Shown here one piece after another: positions 1 through 9,957 of a DNA stretch of 64,000 bases (its first letter is position 1; each line of letters starts with the position of its first letter). The notes below the pieces were generated by a model that was not told the DNA's origin, did not search any database, and worked only from the letters and a program-made list of their open reading frames with translations. This DNA comes from an uncultured bacterium (GTDB lineage Bacteria > Patescibacteriota > Minisyncoccia > Phycocordibacterales > GWA1-40-21): positions 15,934 to 79,933 of the forward strand of contig CAIKXE010000002.1 of assembly GCA_903831305.1 (NCBI GenBank), written 5' to 3'. The translations under genes were made by a program, and so were the position numbers.

Positions 1-1731
1 CACGGAGGTAGCCACTAGAATATGGATTTTACCATCCTTAAATTCTTGCATCACATACTCTTTATCCGCGGGCAACATCTTGCTATGAAGAATCCCGATT
101 TTATAATTTTTAAAAATGTCACGCTCCAGTCTCTCAGCTTCCTCAGTAACTGATTTGGCAATCACGGCCATCTCCTTAGCCGGATCAGGGACATCTATCC
201 GCGGGCAGATCACATAAGCTTGCCGGCCAGCTTCTAATTCTTTTTTAATTTTATCATAAGTATTTTCTCGTTCACCGGGTAGGACAATCTCCGTAATAAT
301 CGGCTTTCGGCCCGTGGGCATTTGATCAAGCAAGGTGAGATCCAAGTCCCCATAAATAGTCAGGGCCAGAGTCCGGGGGATAGGGGTGGCGGTCATAGAA
401 AGTAAATGCGGATTTATGCCTTCCTTTTGGGCTAGCTTTTGGCGCTGGGCAGTACCAAAGCGGTGTTGCTCATCAATGATCACATAAGCCAAATGCTTGA
501 ATTTGACGGACTTTTGGATCAGGGCATGCGTGCCAATGAGAATCGGTATCTCACCATTCTCCACCCATTTTAACAATTGGGGTTTGGATATATGGGTCCA
601 CTCTTTTGGATTAGTTTTGGAGGGAAATTTACGGCACTCCTTGCCAGTGATGAGGCCGATATTTATGCCGAGGTAAGTAAAGTATTGGATAAAACTTTCA
701 AAATGTTGCTTGGCTAGAATCTCCGTCGGTGCCATATAAGCAGTTTGGAGGTTACCAAAATCCTGCCCTTTAGGCCGGGAGGTGATTATAGAGTAAGCGG
801 TCGAAGCGGCCACAGCGGTTTTACCAGAACCCACATCACCCTCGAGTAGCCGAGACATGGCGTGACCACTTCTAAAATCCGTCATGATATTATCTATGGC
901 TTTTCTTTGCGCATCGGTCGCCGTAAAAGGGAACCTCTTCACAAACTGTTCAATCTCGGCGGGAGTTTTCTCTATCACAAAGCTCGGCTCTTTTTGCCAA
1001 AGTAGGCGGTCTTTCTTTTTTTGGAGTTGAATAAAAAAGACTTCTTCAAAGGCAAACCTTTTTCGAGCGGAGAGGGCATGCTCTCTTTTTAACGGGGCGT
1101 GAATCCAGACCAAGGCCGTGGCGAGCGTGGGGAGGTTGTAAGTCTTTAAAATATACTCCGGGATCGGGTCAATTAAATTATCCAACACTCCTTCTTTAAA
1201 AACTTTTTGCACGGCGTGATAAAGCCAGTTTGTAGTCACCCCCTGGCTCTCTGGGTAGACAGGGTAGAGGGAGTGGGCTTCACCTTCTTCACCGAAGAGG
1301 GAGTCACCTACGCCGGTTGGTATTTTGGTCATGGTTTCAATCTTGGGGTTCATCATGCCGAGTACCTCTTTTCTTTCTGAGACTTTTCCTTCCACTCGGA
1401 CCAGGGCGCCCTCGTGAATCATCTTGGCAATGTAAGGCTGGTGGAACCAGATGGCTTTTATTCGGCCGGTTTCATCTTCAATATAGCCTTCAGAAATAGG
1501 TGTTCGTTTGATAAAAGCTTTACCGGTTTTTAGCCCGCTGATCTTGCCAAAAATGACGACATTTTCTCCGGCTACTAAACTGCTGATGTTTTTCATCTCC
1601 GAGGTATCTCCGTAGCGGGTGGGGAAATGATATAGTAAATCCTCAATGGTTTTAAGGCCAATCTTCTTTAGGGCCTTCTTTTGGCTCTCTTGTAGGCGGA
1701 AGTTTTTCTCTAATAAATCGGTTAAGGGCAT
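1..1731 (-). CDS. recG: ATP-dependent DNA helicase RecG (3' end outside window)
   Basis: Not in ORF track. Minus frame from ATG at 1731 gives RLLEGDVGSGKT, IIDEQHRFG, MTATPIPRTL and ILVATSV. Confidence 0.95.
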   Translation of the reverse strand, partial: MPLTDLLEKNFRLQESQKKALKKIGLKTIEDLLYHFPTRYGDTSEMKNISSLVAGENVVIFGKISGLKTGKAFIKRTPISEGYIEDETGRIKAIWFHQPYIAKMIHEGALVRVEGKVSERKEVLGMMNPKIETMTKIPTGVGDSLFGEEGEAHSLYPVYPESQGVTTNWLYHAVQKVFKEGVLDNLIDPIPEYILKTYNLPTLATALVWIHAPLKREHALSARKRFAFEEVFFIQLQKKKDRLLWQKEPSFVIEKTPAEIEQFVKRFPFTATDAQRKAIDNIMTDFRSGHAMSRLLEGDVGSGKTAVAASTAYSIITSRPKGQDFGNLQTAYMAPTEILAKQHFESFIQYFTYLGINIGLITGKECRKFPSKTNPKEWTHISKPQLLKWVENGEIPILIGTHALIQKSVKFKHLAYVIIDEQHRFGTAQRQKLAQKEGINPHLLSMTATPIPRTLALTIYGDLDLTLLDQMPTGRKPIITEIVLPGERENTYDKIKKELEAGRQAYVICPRIDVPDPAKEMAVIAKSVTEEAERLERDIFKNYKIGILHSKMLPADKEYVMQEFKDGKIHILVATSV

Positions 1732-1778
1732 TGCTGTATCTTAGCAAAGATATGCTATAATTAAAAATGAGGATTTGG

Positions 1779-1897
1779 ATTTCTCGTCGAACCATCTTCC
1801 TTTGGAGGGGCTTTTGAGCCTGACTGAGGCGAAAACGGAGAATTTTTTTAGCAGAAAAAATTCGTACCCGGAAAAGGATGTGGTGAGAAAGAGAAAT
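1779..1897. repeat. Structured intergenic element with T-run/AGCA/A-run hairpin
   Basis: Imperfect terminal arms (atttctc...gagaaat) enclose aattttttt-agca-gaaaaaatt; related hairpins at 21470, 31640 and 60441. Confidence 0.55.
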
Positions 1898-1922
1898 AAA
1901 ATTATTAATTAATTAAAAACAA

Positions 1923-2411
1923 ATGGAACTTTCAACAATTGATATCTTGATTCGTTTAGCCGTGGCGATGGCTTTGGGTGGGCTAGTGGGGATGGAGCGC
2001 ACGATAGCCGGGAAAACTGCCGGGATGCGGACTTATGCCTTGGTCTCCATAGGCTCGGCCTTGTTTGTACTTATTTCTCAAGTCGTGATGCTTACTTTAG
2101 CTAACCCGCTTAGTCTGGACCCACTACGTATTGCCTCTCAAATTATCGTCGGCATTGGCTTTATTGGTGCTGGTTTAGTTTTCCATAATGACCGTGATAT
2201 GAAAACTTCTGGCCTTACCTCCGCCGCTGGCCTGTGGGTCTCAGCTGGTATTGGTATGGCGGCCGGTTTTGCTTTGTATGACTTGGCAGTCATTGCTTCT
2301 ATCCTCACCTTAGTGGTCTTTACCGTGCTCTGGTATGTGGAGCGAAGTTTCAAGAATGTTACTTATGGGGAAAAATGCCCAGAGGTAAAAACTCCAGGGA
2401 AAATATCATAA
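1923..2411 (+). CDS. MgtC/SapB family membrane protein
   Basis: GMER..AGMRT, RIASQIIVGIGFIGAG and GLTSAAGLW motifs. Confidence 0.93.
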   Translation: MELSTIDILIRLAVAMALGGLVGMERTIAGKTAGMRTYALVSIGSALFVLISQVVMLTLANPLSLDPLRIASQIIVGIGFIGAGLVFHNDRDMKTSGLTSAAGLWVSAGIGMAAGFALYDLAVIASILTLVVFTVLWYVERSFKNVTYGEKCPEVKTPGKIS

Positions 2412-2424
2412 TAGTATTTTAAGG

Positions 2425-2511
2425 CGGAGACGGCTGGATTCGAACCAGCGGGGGCGATTAAACCCCACTTCTTTAGCAAAGAAGCACATTAGACCACTCT
2501 GACACGTCTCC
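2425..2511 (-). tRNA. tRNA-Ser(GCT)
   Basis: GGAGACG acceptor, CTTCT-TT GCT AA-AGAAG anticodon arm, long variable arm, GGTTCGAATCC. Confidence 0.95.
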
Positions 2512-2591
2512 TTCAGGAATAAATCTAGCATAAATTCTTTAATAAATCTAGAAGCGTGATATACTATTCATATATTAGCTAATCTAAAATT

Positions 2592-2990
2592 ATGAATGAA
2601 ACATACACTTGGTACTCAAAATTAATCAAACCCTCTTGGGCGCCACCGAGCTGGGTGTTTGGTCCAGCGTGGACTTTTTTGTATACTTTGATTGCTATTT
2701 CCTTTGGCCGAGTGTTTTGGCTGGCTTGGCAAGGGAAAATCGGTTTTATCATTGTTCTGCCATTTATTTTAAATTTAGTTTTTAACTTTGCTTTTAGTCC
2801 AATTCAGTTTACGTTGCAGAATAATTTTCTAGCGGCTATCGATATCCTTCTGGTTCTTGGGACATTGATTTGGGCGATGATCGCCATCTACCCTTATGCC
2901 AGCTGGATTACTTATATGCAAATACCGTATGTGCTCTGGGTTACCTTTGCTACTACAGTACAACTAACAGTTACTTATTTGAATAGGTAA
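2592..2990 (+). CDS. tspO: TspO/MBR family tryptophan-rich sensory protein
   Basis: WYSKLIKPSWAPPSWVFGPAWTFLY and PYVLWVTFAT. Confidence 0.92.
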   Translation: MNETYTWYSKLIKPSWAPPSWVFGPAWTFLYTLIAISFGRVFWLAWQGKIGFIIVLPFILNLVFNFAFSPIQFTLQNNFLAAIDILLVLGTLIWAMIAIYPYASWITYMQIPYVLWVTFATTVQLTVTYLNR

Positions 2991-3059
2991 TTAGTCATCC
3001 TCTTCATCCTCGTATTCACCACTGATAGTGGCGGAAGTGTTTTCGTTTGAATACTTCAT
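2991..3059 (-). CDS. Candidate 22-aa acidic microprotein MKYSNENTSATISGEYEDEEDD
   Basis: TATAAT 6 nt upstream of ATG, the same leaderless spacing as many genes here. Confidence 0.35.
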   Translation of the reverse strand: MKYSNENTSATISGEYEDEEDD

Positions 3060-3085
3060 GGGGTGATTATAGTATAAACCGATAT

Positions 3086-3865
3086 TTAGTGAGCCAGGGC
3101 ATAACCGCGGATTTTTTGGGGGTTATAGCCGGCGGAGTTGAGGGCGCGGAAAGCCTCGTTCATGGTGGCGCCGGTGGTGATGACATCGTCGATTAGGATG
3201 AAGCATGAGTTTAAGCCCCGCCCAAAGCTTTCTTCGCTTAACGCTCCGCTAATCGCTCTGAAAGCTTTGGGCGGGGCTTTTTTATAACTAATCGTTACAA
3301 GTGTTTCCCCGAGGCTTTGGTGGCTGCTTACCGAAAAAGACCCACGGAGATTTTCCAGGCGCTTTTTACGATTACTGACTTTGGTTTGGTGCGGGGTGTC
3401 CACTTTTTTAATTAAGAAATTTTCTAGCAGTCGGAAATTATCTCCCTTTCTCTCTTGATCAATTTTTATTAATTCACGAACGATCAGTTTGCACTGATTA
3501 AATCCCTTTTCTTTCTCTCTTTCTCGGGAAGAGGGGATAGGAACCAAAAATGGTTTTTTAAAATTATTAAAGGTTTCTAAATCACTCAAGTCTTCCAAAA
3601 TATATTCATATAAAAGTAAGCTAAAATCTCGAATCAGCTTTTTATTAGCCCGGTATTTTATCTCCCAGATGGCCTGTCTACATAAGGCCGTTTTATAGTT
3701 AAAAATAGCCTTGATTTTACTAGTCTCAAAATCAAAGTTGTCAGAGCGCGGAATTTTATCAAATAAGCCGTCTGGACCCAGGGTCTCTAACTGTCGAACT
3801 CTTTCTTCTTTTGGTAAGATTAGGTCGGTTATTTTGTTCCAAAACGTGATTAGGCTGTTATTCAT
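3086..3865 (-). CDS. comF: ComF family phosphoribosyltransferase-like competence protein
   Basis: VPIP..KGFNQ, R.ENL.GSF and LIDDVITTGAT; contains an in-frame palindromic insert. Confidence 0.88.
   Translation of the reverse strand: MNNSLITFWNKITDLILPKEERVRQLETLGPDGLFDKIPRSDNFDFETSKIKAIFNYKTALCRQAIWEIKYRANKKLIRDFSLLLYEYILEDLSDLETFNNFKKPFLVPIPSSREREKEKGFNQCKLIVRELIKIDQERKGDNFRLLENFLIKKVDTPHQTKVSNRKKRLENLRGSFSVSSHQSLGETLVTISYKKAPPKAFRAISGALSEESFGRGLNSCFILIDDVITTGATMNEAFRALNSAGYNPQKIRGYALAH
3213..3279. repeat. Perfect 20-bp inverted repeat inside comF
   Basis: aagccccgcccaaagctttc (3213-3232) / gaaagctttgggcggggctt (3260-3279). Confidence 0.9.
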
Positions 3866-3905
3866 TTCTAATTATGATATAATATAAAGCGTAAATAGTA
3901 AAAAT

Positions 3906-5030
3906 ATGATTAATATTCCGGATTTTATAAAAAGTATTTTTTCCAGTGATCAGGGTAAAAGTGTGCTCGGTATTGATATTGGTCCTTCTTCTATCAAGAT
4001 CGTTCAGCTGAAAAAGAGAAAGGGCCGAGCCATCCTTGAGACTTATGGTGAATTATCACTTGGTCCATATGCGGGGCTAGAAATCGGACGGTCCACTAAT
4101 CTGACCACCGAACAGCTTGCTCAGGCGGTAGTGGATGTTTTGCGTGAGTCTAATGCCACCACTAACCGTAGCGGTATTTCTATTCCGATGGGGTCAAGCT
4201 TGGTTTCCTTTATCAAATTACCCAAGGTAGACGAAAGCCAGTTGGCCCAGATGATTCCACTGGAGGCACGTAAATATATTCCAGTTCCTATTTCGGAAGT
4301 CAGTATTGATTATTTAGTTATTCCCAGAAATGACAGTATCGCTTCCGAATATCAAAACAGTGAAGAAAAACCTGAGGAGAAAACTATTGATGTCCTCTTG
4401 GTGGTTATTCACAATGACGCCATGGCACGTAATAAAGAGATCACCCGCATTGCTAAGCTGGAGACGACTTTTTCCGAAATTGAAATCTTTGGTTCTATGC
4501 GTTCTGTTTTAGATCAGGGTACAGCACCACAGATGATTATTGATTTTGGTTCTGGTTCTACTAAGATCTATATTGTGGAGCGGGGGATATTGCGGGTCTC
4601 GCATATGATCAGTCGGGGTTCACAGGATATTACTCTCGCTATTTCCAAATCACTCGGTATTAGTGTGGATGAAGCTGAGAAAATGAAACGCGAGAGAGGA
4701 CTACTAAAAAAAGAAGGTGAGCAGATGGATATTAATGAAATCACTTCTTTGACCTTGGATTATATTTTCTCTGAGGTTGGCCGGGTGTTACTGAATTATC
4801 AGAAGAAAAACGAGCGGAATATCAGTAAAGTGTTTTTGACCGGTGGTGGGGTCCTGCTCAAAGGCTTGAGAGAGAAGGCAGAAACTAGTTTTAATGTGCC
4901 AGTGGTGATGGCGGATCCTTTTTCCAAGGTGGAGTTTCCGGCTTTTTTGGATGCCGTTTTAAAACAAGCCGGGCCATCTTTTTCTGTGGCTATTGGTTTG
5001 GCTTTGAGACGCTTGCAAGATTCGGAGTAG
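3906..5030 (+). CDS. pilM: Type IV pilus assembly protein PilM
   Basis: LGIDIGPSSIKIVQL, EARKYIPVP, IDFGSGST, LTGGG and AIGLALR. Confidence 0.93.
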   Translation: MINIPDFIKSIFSSDQGKSVLGIDIGPSSIKIVQLKKRKGRAILETYGELSLGPYAGLEIGRSTNLTTEQLAQAVVDVLRESNATTNRSGISIPMGSSLVSFIKLPKVDESQLAQMIPLEARKYIPVPISEVSIDYLVIPRNDSIASEYQNSEEKPEEKTIDVLLVVIHNDAMARNKEITRIAKLETTFSEIEIFGSMRSVLDQGTAPQMIIDFGSGSTKIYIVERGILRVSHMISRGSQDITLAISKSLGISVDEAEKMKRERGLLKKEGEQMDINEITSLTLDYIFSEVGRVLLNYQKKNERNISKVFLTGGGVLLKGLREKAETSFNVPVVMADPFSKVEFPAFLDAVLKQAGPSFSVAIGLALRRLQDSE

Positions 5031-5077
5031 GTTTGTATAGCTTTTATTTTTGATTAGTATTATAATAGTACAAGAAT

Positions 5078-5716
5078 ATGGAAGTAAAAATGCAAACATC
5101 TTTTATACCGAAGAAACCGATTATCGAAAGCCGTTCGGCTGGTTCGAGTATCAGTTTATTCCTCCTACTCTCTATTATTGTTTTTATTGTAACTATGGCG
5201 GCCGCTTCTGGTGTTTGGCTGTGGCGGGAATCATTGATAAAACAAGTTGATAAGGATATTGAGGATCTGGCGGCGGCCAAAAAAACTTATGTTGACAGCA
5301 CGATTGATGATCTCATCAGATTAGATAATCGGATTGAAGTATCTAAAGTTTTATTACAGAATCACCTAGCCGTATCTCCCGTGTTCACTTTTTTAGAAAA
5401 TAATGTCTTAAAGTTTGTCAGATTAAAATCCATGAGGTTTTCTTATGCTGGTAGCGAGAAAATAAAGATTGATCTTTCAGGTACGGCTGGTAGCTATGGG
5501 GTATTGTCAAAACAGTCTGACGCCTTTGGTGATTTGAGATTAAAAAGTCTCATCTCTCAACCGGTCATATCAGATTTTAGCCCACTTGCTGACGGCGGAG
5601 TCTCCTTTAATTTTTCTGCTTCTATTTATCCTAAACTCGTGACATATGCTGATATCGGTGATACGGGGGATAGTTCCGCTGTGGATATTAATAATGCCTC
5701 TTCTACGACTCAATAA
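5078..5716 (+). CDS. PilN-like alignment protein
   Basis: TSFIPK N-terminus, one TM helix, coiled coil; follows pilM. Confidence 0.7.
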   Translation: MEVKMQTSFIPKKPIIESRSAGSSISLFLLLSIIVFIVTMAAASGVWLWRESLIKQVDKDIEDLAAAKKTYVDSTIDDLIRLDNRIEVSKVLLQNHLAVSPVFTFLENNVLKFVRLKSMRFSYAGSEKIKIDLSGTAGSYGVLSKQSDAFGDLRLKSLISQPVISDFSPLADGGVSFNFSASIYPKLVTYADIGDTGDSSAVDINNASSTTQ

Positions 5717-5724
5717 ATAATTAA

Positions 5725-6288
5725 ATGAATATTATAACATCAATCATTTTAATAATCATTTCAATCGGGACATTTTTTATCTATATTGATCCAACCTATC
5801 AAGGTGCTAATTTACCCAATGATAAACTGAGCGTAAAAGATTTGCTAGCCAAAGATGCTAAATACCAAAAAGCGCTAGCCGATACTAATATGATTCGTGA
5901 AAACAGACAGAAGTTACAAGATAAAAAAGCCCAATTTGATTTAGTTGATCTTGAGCGCCTAGAAAAGCTTTTACCAAATAATATTGATAATATCAAATTA
6001 GTAATTGATATGAATCAGATTGCCCAGAGCCATGGTTTGGTGCTTAAAAATATTAAGTTGGACACGGCAGCCAAGTTAGAAACTGGCAAGATCGGTCAAG
6101 ACAACAGTAAATACGGCACTGTCGGGCTTTCCTTTACTGTCACTTCTTCCTATGACAACTTTCAGAATTTCTTGGGTGATTTAGAGAAGAGTCTCCGTTT
6201 GGTAGACATCACTGATCTATCAGTTACAAGTAATGATACCGGTGTTTATGATTTTTCTGTCGGTCTGAAAACTTATTGGTTAAAATAA
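5725..6288 (+). CDS. PilO-like alignment protein
   Basis: TM helix, LEKLLP, SYDNFQNFLGDLEKSLRLVDI and C-terminal TYWLK. Confidence 0.8.
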   Translation: MNIITSIILIIISIGTFFIYIDPTYQGANLPNDKLSVKDLLAKDAKYQKALADTNMIRENRQKLQDKKAQFDLVDLERLEKLLPNNIDNIKLVIDMNQIAQSHGLVLKNIKLDTAAKLETGKIGQDNSKYGTVGLSFTVTSSYDNFQNFLGDLEKSLRLVDITDLSVTSNDTGVYDFSVGLKTYWLK

Positions 6289-6298
6289 TATTATTAAT

Positions 6299-6610
6299 AT
6301 GAATCAGAAAACCAAACAAATAATAATAGCTATCATTATCATCAGTATTGCTTTTGTTATTTTTAAGGTTTCTTTTCCTAACGGCGGGGTAGAGACTGAT
6401 ACCGCCCTGGTAACTGATAATAATGCTCCGGCTGAAGTGATTGACGGGCAGATCATACTTACCTTATTGGAAAATTTAAAGAGGGTTACCTTGGATGAGT
6501 CTATTTTTGCGGACGCAGTTTTTACCAGTTTGATCAATTTTGAAAAACCGATAGAGTCTCAACCTGTTGGCCGACAAAATCCATTTTTGCCTATCGGTCG
6601 GGAATTTTAG
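6299..6610 (+). CDS. Small membrane-anchored pilus protein (PilP position)
   Basis: N-terminal TM, C-terminal GRQNPFLP; lies between pilO and pilB. Confidence 0.55.
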   Translation: MNQKTKQIIIAIIIISIAFVIFKVSFPNGGVETDTALVTDNNAPAEVIDGQIILTLLENLKRVTLDESIFADAVFTSLINFEKPIESQPVGRQNPFLPIGREF

Positions 6611-6634
6611 TTTACCTTTTTAAGTTTAACCTGT

Positions 6635-8377
6635 ATGAGTATATTAGATATTTTAGCCCAAAAAGAAGTAATAAAAAGGGGTGATATTGGCCGGATCAAG
6701 ACTGAGGCTGAATCCGCCGGTGTTCCTCTGGAGCAGATCCTGATAAAATTTGGCGTAAATGAAGATGCTGTTTTAGATGCCAAAGGCGAGTATTATAATA
6801 TTCCGACCAGAAACCTAGAAGGACAGCAGATCCCTTTTTCTATCTTAAAAAATATTTCTGAAGACTCGGCGGTCCATTATAATTTCGTGCCGATCGGGGT
6901 AAAGGACGGGCTATTAGAGGTTGGTATTGTGGATCCTGAAAATATTGAAGCCCGAGATGCGCTAAATTTTATTGCTAGTAAGCTCAATATGCCATTTAAG
7001 CTTTATTTGATCTCAATGGCTGATTTTCAAAAGGTGCTAGATGATTATAAAGGTCTCTCGGGGGAGGTGACAGAGGCCTTGACCGAGCTTCAGTCTGAAT
7101 TAGCCCAAGACTCCGCTAATGTGGAAATCGAGGCCAAGGCGGCAGCTGAGGATCCATTTGAAACCAAGATCGTGGAGGATGCCCCAGTGACCAAGATAGT
7201 ATCAACTATTTTACGTTATGCGACTGAGGGCGGGGCTTCAGATGTTCATATTGAACACATGAAGGACAAGATTCGCGTTCGTTACCGAGTGGACGGCACC
7301 TTAAATACCAGCATTCTTTTACCAGTAGCTGTGCATTCCGCGGTAGTCGCTAGAATCAAGATTTTGTGCAACATGAAGTTGGATGAGAAACGTAAGCCCC
7401 AAGACGGTCGTTTTTCGGCCAAGATTGATGGCCGTAAGATTGATTTTCGTGTTTCTACTTTTCCCACTTTTCATGGAGAGAAAGTCGTGATGAGAATTTT
7501 AGATCAAGAAAAAGGTGTCCAGTCTTTGGACCAGATCGGCTTATCAGAAACTAATTTGGCCTATATCCGTGATGCCATCAGACGGCCTTACGGGATGATT
7601 TTGATTTCTGGTCCAACCGGTTCCGGTAAAACTACCACCATGTATTCTATGTTGAATGAAATTGATAAGGAGGGTTTGAATGTTTTGTCACTGGAGGATC
7701 CGATCGAATATAATATTGAAGGAGTATCTCAATCACAGGTTTTTGCAGACATTGGCTATACTTTTGCCAATGGTCTCCGTACTACTTTGCGCCAGGATCC
7801 AGATGTGATCATGGTCGGAGAAATCCGTGATAAGGAAACAGCTCAGCTGGCGGTGCAAGCGGCTTTGACCGGCCATTTGGTTTTAGCTACTATCCATACT
7901 AATAATGCGGTGGGGGTTATTCCACGACTCATTGATATGGGGGTTGATCCGTATTTGATTGCTCCGACTCTGATTTTAACTATGGCTCAGCGCTTGGTGC
8001 AGACTTTATATCCGGGCACGGGCAAGGCTGTAGCCGTCGATGGTAGCATAAAGGCTATGTTAGATAAGGAGTTTCAGGATTTGCCAGCTGAATATAAGAG
8101 CAAATTACCTAAATTTGAGTCAGTCTATGATCCAGAGGCTTCGGCCATGTGTCCGACCGGTATCAAGGGCCGAATAGCCGTTTTTGAGGCCTTTAAGATG
8201 AATAAAGAGATTGAAAAGCTTATTTTGACAGGTCCGACGGAGGCTAATATTTTTGAATCCCTTCGTAAGCGGGGGATGCTCACCATGAAGGAAGATGCTA
8301 TTATTAAAGCCTTGAATCGGCAAGTACCTTTTAGCGAGGTGGACGGTTTAGGGATGATGGAAGATGAGGAGATCTAG
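6635..8377 (+). CDS. pilB: Type IV pilus extension ATPase PilB
   Basis: ASDVHIE, RYRVDG, PQDGRF, GPTGSGKTTT, LRQDPDVIMVGEIRD. Confidence 0.95.
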   Translation: MSILDILAQKEVIKRGDIGRIKTEAESAGVPLEQILIKFGVNEDAVLDAKGEYYNIPTRNLEGQQIPFSILKNISEDSAVHYNFVPIGVKDGLLEVGIVDPENIEARDALNFIASKLNMPFKLYLISMADFQKVLDDYKGLSGEVTEALTELQSELAQDSANVEIEAKAAAEDPFETKIVEDAPVTKIVSTILRYATEGGASDVHIEHMKDKIRVRYRVDGTLNTSILLPVAVHSAVVARIKILCNMKLDEKRKPQDGRFSAKIDGRKIDFRVSTFPTFHGEKVVMRILDQEKGVQSLDQIGLSETNLAYIRDAIRRPYGMILISGPTGSGKTTTMYSMLNEIDKEGLNVLSLEDPIEYNIEGVSQSQVFADIGYTFANGLRTTLRQDPDVIMVGEIRDKETAQLAVQAALTGHLVLATIHTNNAVGVIPRLIDMGVDPYLIAPTLILTMAQRLVQTLYPGTGKAVAVDGSIKAMLDKEFQDLPAEYKSKLPKFESVYDPEASAMCPTGIKGRIAVFEAFKMNKEIEKLILTGPTEANIFESLRKRGMLTMKEDAIIKALNRQVPFSEVDGLGMMEDEEI

Positions 8378-8430
8378 GGTGCTGTACGAGGTCTGTTTTA
8401 TTAGTTAATAATTATGGTATAATTAAAAGT

Positions 8431-8826
8431 ATGGAAAATATAAAACCAAAGGTACTAATTGTAGATGACGACAAGTTCTTGATAAATATGTATTCTATCA
8501 AGTTTAACAAAAGGGAATTTGAAGTAAATTCGGCAATGTCTGGTGAAGACGCTATTAGCAAGCTCAAGGGTGGCTATACGCCGGATATTATTTTATTGGA
8601 TATCGTGATGCCGGTGATGGATGGTTTTGAGATTTTGGAGGCTATTCGGACTAATAATCTGTCACCGAAGTCTCTGATCATCATGCTTACTAATCAAGGC
8701 CAGCTTACGGACATTGAGCGCGCAAAGAGCTTTGGTATTAACGGCTACATTATCAAGGCAACTACTATTCCTTCTGAGGTGGTAGCCGAGGTAGAAAAGA
8801 TTTATAATTTGGCAAAAAAATCATAA
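8431..8826 (+). CDS. Single-domain response regulator
   Basis: LIVDDD, LLDIVMPVMDG, MLTN, YIIK. Confidence 0.92.
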   Translation: MENIKPKVLIVDDDKFLINMYSIKFNKREFEVNSAMSGEDAISKLKGGYTPDIILLDIVMPVMDGFEILEAIRTNNLSPKSLIIMLTNQGQLTDIERAKSFGINGYIIKATTIPSEVVAEVEKIYNLAKKS

Positions 8827-8830
8827 AAAT

Positions 8831-9892
8831 ATGACCGATTATAAAATATATTTAGCGGAACTCGTAAAAACAGTTGTTAATGAAGGAGCTTCTGATATGC
8901 ACTTATCAGAAGGGCGTCACCCAACGATTCGGGTATCTGGTATGCTTTTACCCCTGGTCAAACATGCCGTACTTTCCAAGGCAGACACCGCTGGTTTGCT
9001 AGCAGAGCTCTTAACCGATAAAAATAAAGAATTATTTTATAGTACCAAGGAGGTAGATTTTTCCTACAGTTTAGATAGCGCCCGTTTTCGTGGTAATGCT
9101 TATTTTCAACAAGGGGCGGTGTCTATTTCTTTACGTCTAGTTCCTCGGGAGATCAGAACTTTTGAAGAATTAAATTTGCCAGATATTTTAAAGACTTTTG
9201 CGGAGAAACAGCAAGGTTTTTTCTTGGTGGTGGGACCAGTGGGGCATGGTAAAAGCACCACTCTGGCAGCGATGATAGATTATATTAATACTAGCCGAGC
9301 AGAACATATTTTAACCATTGAGGATCCGATAGAATATATTTATGAGCAAAAGCGTTCAGTGATAGATCAGCGTGAAGTGCGGATTGATACGGATGACTTT
9401 CCTAATGCTTTACGTAGTATGTTCCGTGAGGACGTAGATGTGGTGCTTATTGGGGAGATGCGTGGGATAGAGACTATTTCCACGGCCGTTACCGCCGGTG
9501 AGACTGGCCACTTGGTGTTTTCTACTTTGCATACAAACAGTGCTTCACAGACGATTGATCGAATCATTGATTCCTTTCCTGGTACTCAGCAAGATCAAAT
9601 CCGTAGCCAGCTGGCTAGTAGCTTGAACGGTATTTTCTCTCAGCGTTTGATACCGCGTATTTCCGGGGGTCTGATTCCCGCTTATGAGCTTTTGATAAAT
9701 AATAGCGCTATCGCAAATTTGATTCGTGAAAAGAGAACCCATGAAATAAACACCGTGATTGAGACCAGCTCTCAAGATGGGATGGTGGATATGAACCGCT
9801 GTTTGGCTGACTTGGTAGCGAGGGGAGAGATCACCATTGAAAATGCTTACCAGTTTTCCTTCAACCCTAAAAACCTAGAACGTCTTTTGTAA
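8831..9892 (+). CDS. pilT: Pilus retraction ATPase PilT
   Basis: ASDMHL, GPVGHGKSTT, GETGHLVFSTLHT and AIANLIRE. Confidence 0.95.
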   Translation: MTDYKIYLAELVKTVVNEGASDMHLSEGRHPTIRVSGMLLPLVKHAVLSKADTAGLLAELLTDKNKELFYSTKEVDFSYSLDSARFRGNAYFQQGAVSISLRLVPREIRTFEELNLPDILKTFAEKQQGFFLVVGPVGHGKSTTLAAMIDYINTSRAEHILTIEDPIEYIYEQKRSVIDQREVRIDTDDFPNALRSMFREDVDVVLIGEMRGIETISTAVTAGETGHLVFSTLHTNSASQTIDRIIDSFPGTQQDQIRSQLASSLNGIFSQRLIPRISGGLIPAYELLINNSAIANLIREKRTHEINTVIETSSQDGMVDMNRCLADLVARGEITIENAYQFSFNPKNLERLL

Positions 9893-9957
9893 ATTCTTAT
9901 TTGTTGGTCGATTCGTATCATTTGTTCATTTGTAGATTCGTTAATTAATTAGTCAAT

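Noticed and set aside
1767-1817. 16-aa leader peptide upstream of mgtC-like gene
   Set aside because: It falls inside a repeat-family element and has no telling codon run; unsupported.
9901-9945. Short ATTCGT/ATTTGT repeats between pilT and pilC
   Set aside because: Too short and degenerate to support a function.
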